A stretch of 54,525 bases of DNA from positions 1 through 54,525 of the forward strand of contig JBBTGV010000033.1 of the NCBI GenBank assembly GCA_038041305.1. Direction: 5' to 3'. Shown here piece after piece: positions 44,056 through 52,386 of the stretch (position 1 is the stretch's first letter; each line of letters begins with the position of its first letter). The notes beneath the pieces were generated by a model. It saw only the letters and a program-made list of their open reading frames with translations, was not told where the DNA came from and did no database searches. The stretch comes from Deltaproteobacteria bacterium (GTDB lineage Bacteria; Desulfobacterota; GWC2-55-46). The position numbers were made by a program, and so were the translations under genes.

Positions 44056-44649
44056 ATGTCAGAGGCATTTGTTCAGAATCAGGCGCCGGAATTCAAGGCG
44101 CAGGCAGTGATGGAGGACGGGAGCTTCAAGGAGCTTAATTTGGCGGATTACAGGGGAAAACACGTGGTGCTTTTCTTCTATCCCCTTGACTTCACCTTTG
44201 TCTGTCCGACGGAGCTTATATCCTTAAGCGACAGGATTGATGAGTTTAAGCAAAGGAACGCCGAGGTTATCGGCATATCCGTTGACAGCCACTTCTCGCA
44301 CCTTGCATGGAGAAACACGCCGAGGAAAAAGGGCGGCATAGGCGACATTGATTATCCGTTGGTAGCCGACCTTGACAAAAGCATAAGCAGGAGATACGGC
44401 GTTCTGCTTGAAAAACCGGGCATCGCGCTAAGGGGTGCTTTTATAATAGATAAAGAAGGTAAACTCCGCCACATAACGGTAAACGACCTTCCCCTCGGAA
44501 GGAATGTGGACGAGATATTAAGGGTAATAGACGCCATACAGTTCAATGAAAAACACGGAGAGGTCTGCCCGGCCAACTGGAAAAAGGGAGAAGAAGGCAT
44601 GAAGCCCAACCAGAAGGGGCTTGAGCAGTATGCAGGGGCGCATTTTTAA
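44056..44649 (+). CDS. ahpC: typical 2-Cys peroxiredoxin (AhpC/Tsa)
   Basis: [14 protein letters not shown] (peroxidatic Cys) and GEVCPANW (resolving Cys). Confidence 0.9.
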   Translation: MSEAFVQNQAPEFKAQAVMEDGSFKELNLADYRGKHVVLFFYPLDFTFVCPTELISLSDRIDEFKQRNAEVIGISVDSHFSHLAWRNTPRKKGGIGDIDYPLVADLDKSISRRYGVLLEKPGIALRGAFIIDKEGKLRHITVNDLPLGRNVDEILRVIDAIQFNEKHGEVCPANWKKGEEGMKPNQKGLEQYAGAHF

Positions 44650-44684
44650 GGTGTTTTTCGCAAACGATAGAAAGAGAGGCAGTT

Positions 44685-45602
44685 ATGCTGTGTAATACTG
44701 GAAATTGCGTTGAGGCAGTTTATGACAGCGGTTTTGAAGACGCGGCCAATGGGTCCTTGCATGAAGCAGGGCCGTCCGCGTTGTCCACGGACTCAATAAG
44801 CGCATACCTTGGCAGTCTGAGAAAGATACCGCTTCTTTCGGCTGACGAGGAGCGGACCCTCTCAAGAGGGGTTTTAAGCGGAGACAATTCAGCGAGGAAG
44901 AGGCTCATTGAGTCCAATCTGCGCCTCGTCGTAAGCATTGCAAGACGGTATCTCATGAGGGGCCTGCCGCTTCAAGACCTTATTGAAGAGGGGAACATCG
45001 GGCTTATAAAGGCCGTAGAGCGCTTTAAGCCCACAAAGGGATGCAGGTTTTCCACCTATGCGACATACTGGATCAGGCAGTCCGTTGAAAGGGCCATTGC
45101 GAATCAGGCGTCAACCGTGAGGCTTCCCGTGCACCTCGGGCTTGACCTCTGGAGGGTTACAAAGGCAGAGCGGCTCCTTAAATCAGAGTTAAACAGGACC
45201 CCGAGCATTAACGAGCTTTCAGAGAAGACGGGGCTTTCCGGCAGATACGTAAAGAAGCTCACGGGCATTAACACGAAGGTCTACTCCATTGAGGCCTCAA
45301 ATGACGACTTTGACAGGCCCCTTTCCGAAAGGCTTGAGGACAGCCCTGAAAAATCCCCGTTTGAGGTGGTAAACTCACGCGAGATGGGGCTTAAGCTCGA
45401 CGGGTGGCTTAAGGGGCTTGACGCGAACGAAAGGGAGGTGCTGAATCTGAGGTTTGGCCTTGACGGAGGCGACCCTGAGACGCTTGATGCCGTCGGAAAA
45501 AGATACGGCATAACAAGGGAGCGCGTAAGGCAGATTGAGTCGCGGGCAATAAACAAGATAAAAAAATCCGCAGACAGGTCGGATGTTTCACACCTGTCAT
45601 GA
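44685..45602 (+). CDS. sigma-70 family sigma factor, group-2/RpoS-like
   Basis: [58 protein letters not shown], region 3 and region 4 ([22 protein letters not shown]). 305 aa. No terminator between it and ahpC. Confidence 0.85.
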   Translation: MLCNTGNCVEAVYDSGFEDAANGSLHEAGPSALSTDSISAYLGSLRKIPLLSADEERTLSRGVLSGDNSARKRLIESNLRLVVSIARRYLMRGLPLQDLIEEGNIGLIKAVERFKPTKGCRFSTYATYWIRQSVERAIANQASTVRLPVHLGLDLWRVTKAERLLKSELNRTPSINELSEKTGLSGRYVKKLTGINTKVYSIEASNDDFDRPLSERLEDSPEKSPFEVVNSREMGLKLDGWLKGLDANEREVLNLRFGLDGGDPETLDAVGKRYGITRERVRQIESRAINKIKKSADRSDVSHLS

Positions 45603-45654
45603 CATGGGTTTTAAGACTCCGCTGTAAACCGCCGCAAAAACCCGCCTAACCCCC

Positions 45655-45696
45655 GAAACAGCAGGCCTTAAAGAGGCCTGCTGTTTCGTTCTTTTT
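45655..45696 (+). terminator. rho-independent terminator
   Basis: GAAACAGCAGGCCT (45655-45668) / AGGCCTGCTGTTTC (45674-45687), a perfect 14-bp stem, followed by GTTCTTTTT. Confidence 0.8.
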
Positions 45697-45753
45697 AACC
45701 AGTTTATTGTTAATATTTTTTAGATTCCATCCGATAATAAGAAAGGAGAATTT

Positions 45754-46236
45754 ATGTTTATTTCAAGCTCTGATATGGCAATGACCTCCGGCCGGACATA
45801 CTCCGAGGTCTATGAAAAGAAGGAGGAACTTAAGCTCTGGATAGGCCCTGAACCGCCCTCTGAAGGGACTTTAGCGCCTAATGCGGCCCCGTCCATGGGC
45901 GCGAAGGATATCGTAAACCTTTCTGACGAGGCGAAGACAAGGCTTAAGGCCATGCAGGAGAACAGGTATCTTGAATACGGCAGGGGCATTGACATAGAGG
46001 GGAGCATTGACAATGAGATGTTAATAAGAAAGCTCCTTATTGAGGCGCTGACAGGCGTTAAGATAACGATAAAAGACCTTAAGGATTTAGAGGGCGAGGC
46101 AGTGGAAATAGAGGCAAAGGCAGAGGAGCTGACAACAGCGCATGATGACGACAGGCAGGGCTGGGGGCTTATATACAATAACAACGAACGTTACGCTGAA
46201 AAGAGAAGGCCGTCGTATCCGCGTCCGGCGTCATAA
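45754..46236 (+). CDS. hypothetical protein, probable N-terminal part of a frameshift-split gene
   Basis: SD AAGGAGA lies upstream of ATG 45754. Acidic, coiled-coil-like sequence. The last 11 residues or so (KRRPSYPRPAS) look out of frame. Confidence 0.5.
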   Translation: MFISSSDMAMTSGRTYSEVYEKKEELKLWIGPEPPSEGTLAPNAAPSMGAKDIVNLSDEAKTRLKAMQENRYLEYGRGIDIEGSIDNEMLIRKLLIEALTGVKITIKDLKDLEGEAVEIEAKAEELTTAHDDDRQGWGLIYNNNERYAEKRRPSYPRPAS

Positions 46237-46250
46237 GGACCTCAGACGGG

Positions 46251-46826
46251 GTGGAGTTCAAGTTCACGCTTGAGCTTTTAATGGAGAGGACTTCAGTAGT
46301 TGAAAACAATCTTAGCGTCCGCGCAGGCGATGCCGTTAGGATTGACCCGCTCGTAATAAACTACGGCGGCAAGGCCGCCGAGCTTACGGACAAGAAATTT
46401 TCATTTGACCTTGATTCAGACGGCAGGAGCGACTCCATCTCATTCGTGAAATCAGGCGGCGGATTTTTGTTCCTTGACGCGAACAACGACGGAAAGGTGA
46501 ACAACGGAGGCGAACTCTTCGGCCCGTCAACAGGCAACGGCTTTACGGAGCTAAAAAGGCACGACTCGGACGGCAATTCATGGATAGACGAGGCCGACCC
46601 GATATTTTCAAGGCTTTTGATATGGACAAAGGACGAGGCCGGGGAAGACTCATTTTTTACCTTAAAGCAGAAGGACATCGGCGCAATCTATCTTGATTCC
46701 AGGCCCACGGCCTTTAGCCTCCTTAACCCTACAAACAGGCTTGACGGGGCGGTTGCCTCAACCGGCGTGTTCCTTAAGGAAGACTTAACCCCAGGCACAA
46801 TCCAGCAGATAGACCTCGCGGTGTAA
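46251..46826 (+). CDS. hypothetical protein with DxDxDG-type Ca-binding loops, probable C-terminal part of the split gene
   Basis: The frame is open from 46200. There is no convincing SD before GTG 46251. Motifs DLDSDGRSD, DANNDGKVNNGGELFG and HDSDGNSWIDEAD. Confidence 0.55.
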   Translation: MEFKFTLELLMERTSVVENNLSVRAGDAVRIDPLVINYGGKAAELTDKKFSFDLDSDGRSDSISFVKSGGGFLFLDANNDGKVNNGGELFGPSTGNGFTELKRHDSDGNSWIDEADPIFSRLLIWTKDEAGEDSFFTLKQKDIGAIYLDSRPTAFSLLNPTNRLDGAVASTGVFLKEDLTPGTIQQIDLAV

Positions 46827-46967
46827 CGCACCCGCTTTTTTGCAAAAAAGCAGGCAAAAAACCTTTGCATGTATTCTTGCGTTCAACAGGTCATAGTTGA
46901 CGCCGGGCCAAGCCTGCCCATAAATCACTCCAACCTTTAAGTCATTTCTGCTATACTTTCACTGAAA

Positions 46968-48329
46968 ATGCGCTATGACTGCATAATAGTCGGCACCGGG
47001 CCCGCCGGCATATTTGCCGCGCTTGAGCTCTCAAATGGCCTGCCCGGCGCCAAGATCCTCCTTATTGACAGGGGCAGGGACCTGCACGAGAGGGACAGGA
47101 CGGATATATTCTCAGGCTGGGGCGGGGCAGGCACGTTCAGCGACGGAAAGCTTAATCTCTCCGGCGAGGTGGGCGGGCTTCTCGGAGAGTATGTTGAAAG
47201 GGACGAGCTTGCGGGCCTTATCAGATACGCGGACTCTATTTTCGTGAAGTTCGGCGCGCCGGACGATGTTAAGGGTTTTAATAGAAATAAAAATGAAGAG
47301 AACGAGATCCTTGATATTGAAATGGCCGCAAGCCTGGCGGGCTTAACCCTTATCCCATTCCCGATACGGCACATCGGAACCGACAGGTGTCTTGGGCTTC
47401 TTAAGAACCTGAGATCCGAGCTTCAGGGCCGCGTGGAGGCGCGTTTTTCAGGCGATGTAAAAGAGATCATCGTTGATGACGAAAAAAAGGCCCGCGGCGT
47501 AAGGCTCTCAGACGGAGAGGAGATAGGTTCGGATTTCGTGGTCCTCTGTCCGGGCAGGGTCGGGGCGCGCTGGCTTCAGGGTGTAGCCGCGGGCCTGGGG
47601 CTTTCTACTGAGCTTAACCCCGTTGACATAGGGGTAAGGGTTGAGGTCCCGGCCTCGGCGCTTAAGAGGGCGACGGACGCGCTCCATGAGGCGAAGCTCA
47701 CATACAGGTCAAAGAGGTTTAACGACCACATACGGACATTCTGCATGAATCCTTACGGGGTGGTGGTCAAGGAGAGGCACTCTGGGTTCTCAACCGTAAA
47801 CGGCCACAGCTTTTCAACGAAGAAATCAGAGAACACGAATTTCGCCATACTCGTCTCAACCACATTCACGGAGCCGTTTCACGAGCCGAACGCCTACGGG
47901 GAATACATCGCGAGTCTCGCAAACCTCCTGGGCAACGGCATCATCCTCCAGAGCCTCGGGGACTTGAGGCAGGGCAGGCGTTCAACGCATGAGAGGATAA
48001 AGGCGTGCAAAACACAGCCGACCCTGCTTGAGGCCACGCCCGGGGACTTGTCCTTTGTGCTCCCTTACCGCTACGTATCCGACATACTTGAGATGTTGGA
48101 GGCCCTTGACAAATTCGCGCCCGGGCTTAATTCCCCGGATACGCTCCTCTACGGGGTTGAGGTGAAGTTCTATTCAATGAGGCTTAAGCTTAAGAGGACG
48201 CTTGAAACAGAGGTTCAAAACCTCTTCGCCGCGGGCGACGGGGCTGGCGTCACGAGGGGCATAATGCACGCCGCAATATCCGGGGTTATCGCCGCCAGGG
48301 GGGTCATTGAGAAGGCTGTTGACAAATGA
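46968..48329 (+). CDS. FAD-dependent oxidoreductase (COG2509-type uncharacterised flavoprotein)
   Basis: YDCIIVGTGPAGIFAAL dinucleotide-binding motif and C-terminal FAAGDGAGVTRGI. Confidence 0.75.
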   Translation: MRYDCIIVGTGPAGIFAALELSNGLPGAKILLIDRGRDLHERDRTDIFSGWGGAGTFSDGKLNLSGEVGGLLGEYVERDELAGLIRYADSIFVKFGAPDDVKGFNRNKNEENEILDIEMAASLAGLTLIPFPIRHIGTDRCLGLLKNLRSELQGRVEARFSGDVKEIIVDDEKKARGVRLSDGEEIGSDFVVLCPGRVGARWLQGVAAGLGLSTELNPVDIGVRVEVPASALKRATDALHEAKLTYRSKRFNDHIRTFCMNPYGVVVKERHSGFSTVNGHSFSTKKSENTNFAILVSTTFTEPFHEPNAYGEYIASLANLLGNGIILQSLGDLRQGRRSTHERIKACKTQPTLLEATPGDLSFVLPYRYVSDILEMLEALDKFAPGLNSPDTLLYGVEVKFYSMRLKLKRTLETEVQNLFAAGDGAGVTRGIMHAAISGVIAARGVIEKAVDK

Positions 48330-48338
48330 GGCCGGGTA

Positions 48339-49073
48339 ATGAAGGCAATTAAAAAGCCGGGCGCGGTCCGGAAAAACATCTCAATAGTTCTTGTTGAGCC
48401 CATGTCGTCCGGGAACGTCGGGAGCGTGGCAAGGGCCATGAAAAACACCGGGTTTTCCAACCTCCGCCTTGTTAATCCGTGCGATTACGGGAATAACGAG
48501 GCGTTTTCAATGGCATGCAAGGCCGATGACGTTCTTAAAAACGCGGAGGTCTTTAAGGACCTTAAAACCTGCGTGCAGGATGCGGGCCTTGTCGTGGGCG
48601 CGACGCGGAGAAAGGGAAAGTTAAGATACCCTGTTGCAACGCTCCCAGAGGCCGTGCCCCATATAATGCGCCTTGCGAAAAAAAATAGAGTTGCGATACT
48701 CTTCGGCAGGGAGGACAAGGGCCTTAAAAACAGCGAGATTGCCCTTTGCGACCTGCTCCTTGAGATACCGACGTCGGAGGCATGCGGCTCGCTTAACATA
48801 TCGCACGCGGTATTGATGGTCTGCCACGCTGTCTTCACCTCAGGCGAAGATATCAAGAAGGCTATTGAAACAGCGCCGAGACAGGAGGTCTCGGCAATGT
48901 ACGGCCACCTTGAGAATATGCTCGTCCGCCTCGGATACGCGGATGCCGGCAGAGAGTTTCTTAAGGAGTCAATCCTAAGGGGGTTTAAAAGGCTTTTCGG
49001 CAGGACGGGCCTGATGCAGAAGGAGATAAACATGCTCCGCGGGATATTCGCGCAGATAGAGAAAAGGACATGA
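48339..49073 (+). CDS. trmJ: SpoU/TrmH-class RNA 2-prime-O-methyltransferase, TrmJ-like
   Basis: ISIVLVEPMSSGNVGSVARAMKNTGFSNLRLV, FGREDKGL, LLEIPTS...SLNISHAV. Confidence 0.8.
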   Translation: MKAIKKPGAVRKNISIVLVEPMSSGNVGSVARAMKNTGFSNLRLVNPCDYGNNEAFSMACKADDVLKNAEVFKDLKTCVQDAGLVVGATRRKGKLRYPVATLPEAVPHIMRLAKKNRVAILFGREDKGLKNSEIALCDLLLEIPTSEACGSLNISHAVLMVCHAVFTSGEDIKKAIETAPRQEVSAMYGHLENMLVRLGYADAGREFLKESILRGFKRLFGRTGLMQKEINMLRGIFAQIEKRT

Positions 49074-49975
49074 AGGGATTAAACGGGCTGATAATGAGGG
49101 ATGCGATTGCCGCGCTAAAGATGGTGAAAGGCGCCGCAATCATGCTTTTCATTGACGCCCTGAATGAAGACGGATGGGATGCGTGGTTGAGGCTTAAGAG
49201 GAAAAAAGACATCATAATCATTACCCAGAGCCCTGAGACCGAGGCGGCCCTTGACGGCCTCAGAAAAGAGTTTAAGGCGATCGTAAGGCTGCCGAAGGCA
49301 AGGCTTACGAGGATGGGGTATCTAAAGCTTTCGCTTATAATGTGCATAACAGAGGGGCTGATACGCGGGAAAGACAAGATAATAAGCGTGACAGGCGCAT
49401 GCGGCAGCGGCGCGCTTGATACCATGATGGTGCTTGACGTTGACAAGGAGACAGAGGTCTTTTCAGCGATGGGCAATATCAGGGGGCTTTTCAGGCACAT
49501 CAGGCCCGCCGTGCTTGAAGCGGCGTTAAGCATCGCCATTGAGCTTTCTTCGGAAGGCAGGGAGGGCAGGTCCGTTGGCGCGACGTTCGTCATAGGGGAC
49601 CATGAAAAGGTGCTCGGCCTTTCAAGGCCGCTTATAATGAACCCGTTTAAGGGATATGCGGAGGACCTGAGGAACATCCTAAATCACGACATGAGGGAGA
49701 GCATAAAGGAATACGCGCTGCTTGACGGCGCGTTCGTGGTAAGGGAGGACGGGGTCGTGATGAGCGCCGGGGTGCACCTTGACGCGGCGCTTGAGGACGA
49801 GGGCTTGACCCCGGGGCTCGGGTGCCGGCACATGGCCGCGGCAGGCATAACGGATGTCACGGACGCGGCCGCGATAACGATTTCAGGCTCAACGGGCATA
49901 GTAAGGATATTCAGAAAAGGCAGGGTCGTCGTTGAGATAGAGCGTCCGCAAAGGAACGTTGACAGGCCCGCTTAA
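49070..49975 (+). CDS. soluble diadenylate-cyclase (DAC/DisA_N) domain protein with an uncharacterised alpha/beta domain of about 150 aa at the N-terminus
   Basis: C-terminal half: GRSVGATFVIGD, LLDGAFVVREDGVVMSAGVHL, GLGCRHMAAAGITDVTDAAAITISGSTGIVRIF. No TM segments. ATGA overlap with trmJ. Confidence 0.8.
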   Translation: MKGLNGLIMRDAIAALKMVKGAAIMLFIDALNEDGWDAWLRLKRKKDIIIITQSPETEAALDGLRKEFKAIVRLPKARLTRMGYLKLSLIMCITEGLIRGKDKIISVTGACGSGALDTMMVLDVDKETEVFSAMGNIRGLFRHIRPAVLEAALSIAIELSSEGREGRSVGATFVIGDHEKVLGLSRPLIMNPFKGYAEDLRNILNHDMRESIKEYALLDGAFVVREDGVVMSAGVHLDAALEDEGLTPGLGCRHMAAAGITDVTDAAAITISGSTGIVRIFRKGRVVVEIERPQRNVDRPA

Positions 49976-50060
49976 TGTGAGGCGATACCGCTTGACTTAA
50001 ATGCCTTAAAATGTAAAGATGCGCTCTGGAGTTTTTTGCAGTCAAAACCGAATACTGAAG

Positions 50061-50250
50061 ATGTCCGGGCACCATTTGAACTGGTTTAAAAGGGAATCCC
50101 GTGATCTGCCTTTAAGATGAGGCGGAGAATCGGGGACGGACCCGCCACTGTGAACGGGACGAAATCTTAAATTGCCACTGACCTTGCAAAAAAGGCCGGG
50201 AAGGCTTAAGAGAGTAGGAAGACCGTAAGTCAGGAGACCTGCCCGGATAT
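50061..50250 (+). promoter_or_regulatory. cobalamin (B12) riboswitch 2
   Basis: AAAAGGGAATCCCGTGA, GACCCGCCACTGTGAA, TTGCCACTG, CCGGGAAGGC, and the B12 box GTCAGGAGACCTGCC. P1 pairs TCCGGGC (about 50064-50070) with GCCCGGA (about 50241-50247). Confidence 0.85.
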
Positions 50251-50303
50251 TCCTCACGCATTCTTCGACGGTAAAGAAGGTGGGGGGCGTGTGTTTTTTT
50301 AAA

Positions 50304-50343
50304 CCCTCACTTCTTTTTTTATAATGGAAGCGGGGGTTTTTTT
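50304..50343 (+). terminator. riboswitch expression-platform terminator
   Basis: CCCTCACTTC (50304-50313) / GAAGCGGGGG (50327-50336), an imperfect 10-bp stem, followed by 7 T (50337-50343). Confidence 0.5.
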
Positions 50344-50375
50344 ATGAGCCGCTTGAAAAAGGGGGTTGATTGACG

Positions 50376-51416
50376 ATGGCGGTTGAATTAAAGGCAACGC
50401 AGGACAAAAAAAGGCTTGCAGTGCTTCTCCTCGGACACGGGAGCAGGAAAAAAGAGGCAAACGACATATTAAGGGAGGTTGCGGGGTCCATTGAGAGGGC
50501 CGGACGCTACGGCGTGGTTCTGCCCGCGTTTCTTCAGATGGAAAAGCCGGACTTCAGGGAGGCGGTTCATATACTTGAGGCAAAGGGTTTTAAGGACATT
50601 GCCATCCTGCCGTATTTTCTCTATTCAGGCGCGCATGTTCAGGAAGACCTGCCCAATGAGATTAATGAGGCAGTGAAAAAACACCCTGACATCAGCTTCA
50701 GGCTCGGGGCATGTCTCGGATTTCATGCTAAACTTGTGGATATAGCGGTTGAAAGGATTGAGGAGATGTTCGGGGGGCATGCTGTTCAATGCGCCATGCC
50801 TGCCCAGCACCCGATTGAGGCTGAGAGTTTTAGGATCATAGAAAAAGAGCTCGGCCAAACCGGTCTTGCCGGAGGCGAGCTTGAAGTACTGAAAAGGGTC
50901 ATACACACAACCGCTGATTTTGAATTCAAAGACATCCTTGTGTTCGGCCCCGGCGCCCTTGTTGCCGGAAAGGCCGCGATAAAAAGAGGCGCGAACATAA
51001 TAACGGATGTCAGGATGGCTGAGGCCGGGATTACGAAAGAAAGACTGGCGCATACAGGCTCAAAGGTCATGTGTTTCTCCGCAGACGCGGATGTCTCAAT
51101 GACCGCGGCCTCCGCGGGCATCACAAAGACGGCGGCCTCCATGAGAAAGGCGCGCCCCTTGCTTGAGGGCAGCATCGTGGCAATCGGCAACTCCCCTACG
51201 GCGCTCAGGGAGGTCATAAGGCTCTCCGCGGAGAATCCGCCGGCGCTTATAATAGGCGTGCCGGTCGGGTTTGTGGGGGCGGTTGAGGCAAAGGATGACC
51301 TCATGAGTTCCGGGCTTAAATACATCGCGACAAGGGGGAGAAAAGGCGGCAGCACGGTGGCCGCGGCGATTGCGAACGCGATCGTGATAGAGGCCGGGAA
51401 AGATGCACATACCTGA
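50376..51416 (+). CDS. fusion of small sirohydrochlorin cobaltochelatase (CbiX-S) and precorrin-8X methylmutase (CbiC)
   Basis: N-terminal LAVLLLGHGSR...ILPYFLYSGAHV (CbiX). C-terminal VIHTTADFEF, DVRM, IGNSPTAL, IGVPVGFVGA, KGGSTVAAAI (CbiC/CobH). Confidence 0.85.
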   Translation: MAVELKATQDKKRLAVLLLGHGSRKKEANDILREVAGSIERAGRYGVVLPAFLQMEKPDFREAVHILEAKGFKDIAILPYFLYSGAHVQEDLPNEINEAVKKHPDISFRLGACLGFHAKLVDIAVERIEEMFGGHAVQCAMPAQHPIEAESFRIIEKELGQTGLAGGELEVLKRVIHTTADFEFKDILVFGPGALVAGKAAIKRGANIITDVRMAEAGITKERLAHTGSKVMCFSADADVSMTAASAGITKTAASMRKARPLLEGSIVAIGNSPTALREVIRLSAENPPALIIGVPVGFVGAVEAKDDLMSSGLKYIATRGRKGGSTVAAAIANAIVIEAGKDAHT

Positions 51417-52386
51417 CGGATACTTAAGCCCAAAGACATGCATCGCGTTTTACGGCGTGATGCTGCCGGTGTGGTATGTTGCCTCGCGCAAGGCGGAAAA
51501 GGCCGTTAAGATAAACAACCTGCCGCTGCTTGCCCTGACCGCGGCGTTTGCGTTCGTCGTGATGATGTTCAATGTCCCGGTGCCGGGCGGCTCAACCGGC
51601 CATATGGTCGGCACCGCGGTTGTCGCAATCACTCTCGGGCCGTGGGCGTCCATAGTCGCGATAAGCCTCACGGGCGCGCTCCAGGCCCTTGCGTTCGGGG
51701 ACGGAGGGCTTACAACTCTCGGCGCGAACACTTTTAACATGGCGCTCCTTATGAGCGCGTCAGGCTATCTTATATACGAGACGATAGGCTACGGAAGGCC
51801 CGGCCCTTTCAGAAAGGCCATTGCGGCCGGGCTTGCGGGATACGTTGCGACGAACATCTCGGCGTTTTCAGCGGCAATAATGCTCGGGACACAGCCCGTT
51901 ATCGCCTCCGGCCCTGACGGAAGGGCCTTGTACTTTCCGTATCCGCTTTCCGTTTCAATACCGGCCATGGTAGTGCCGCATCTTTTGTTTTTTGGCCCGC
52001 TTGAGGCCATAGGCACGGCCCTTGCGGTGCCATACATACAGAGGGTCAATGAGGCCAGGCACGCGAGAGGGGTCTTGCCGGGCAGGAGATGGGGGTTCTG
52101 GGCGCTTATTGTCTTCATGATAATCCTTGCGCCCATAGGGCTTATTGCAACTGGTTCGTCGTGGGGGGAGTGGAGCCTGGAGGAGTTTAAGACCCTTATA
52201 GGATACGCGCCTGAAGGCATGAAGAGCCTCAAGACCGGCTGGCGCGGCATACTGCCTGAATACGGGCTCCCTTCGGCTGGGTCTTCATTGGGCGCAGCCG
52301 CGCTCTACGCGATCTCGGCTTTTTTTGGAAGCGCGGTGATTGTTTTTTTAATATACATGTGGGGCAGGGTATGGCCGGGGAAGTAA
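51403..52386 (+). CDS. cbiM: cobalt ECF transporter substrate component CbiM with fused C-terminal CbiN/PDGLE-like region
   Basis: The MHIPDGYLSP N-terminus is diagnostic of CbiM/NikM. About 100 extra C-terminal residues carry two TM segments and APEGMKS (PDGLE-like). Confidence 0.85.
   Translation: MHIPDGYLSPKTCIAFYGVMLPVWYVASRKAEKAVKINNLPLLALTAAFAFVVMMFNVPVPGGSTGHMVGTAVVAITLGPWASIVAISLTGALQALAFGDGGLTTLGANTFNMALLMSASGYLIYETIGYGRPGPFRKAIAAGLAGYVATNISAFSAAIMLGTQPVIASGPDGRALYFPYPLSVSIPAMVVPHLLFFGPLEAIGTALAVPYIQRVNEARHARGVLPGRRWGFWALIVFMIILAPIGLIATGSSWGEWSLEEFKTLIGYAPEGMKSLKTGWRGILPEYGLPSAGSSLGAAALYAISAFFGSAVIVFLIYMWGRVWPGK

Noticed and set aside
46197-46199. In-frame TGA upstream of the second hypothetical ORF as a selenocysteine codon
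   Set aside because: The upstream coding sequence is in a different frame (frame 1), so read-through of the TGA would not join the two parts. A -1 shift at GAAAAG explains the data.
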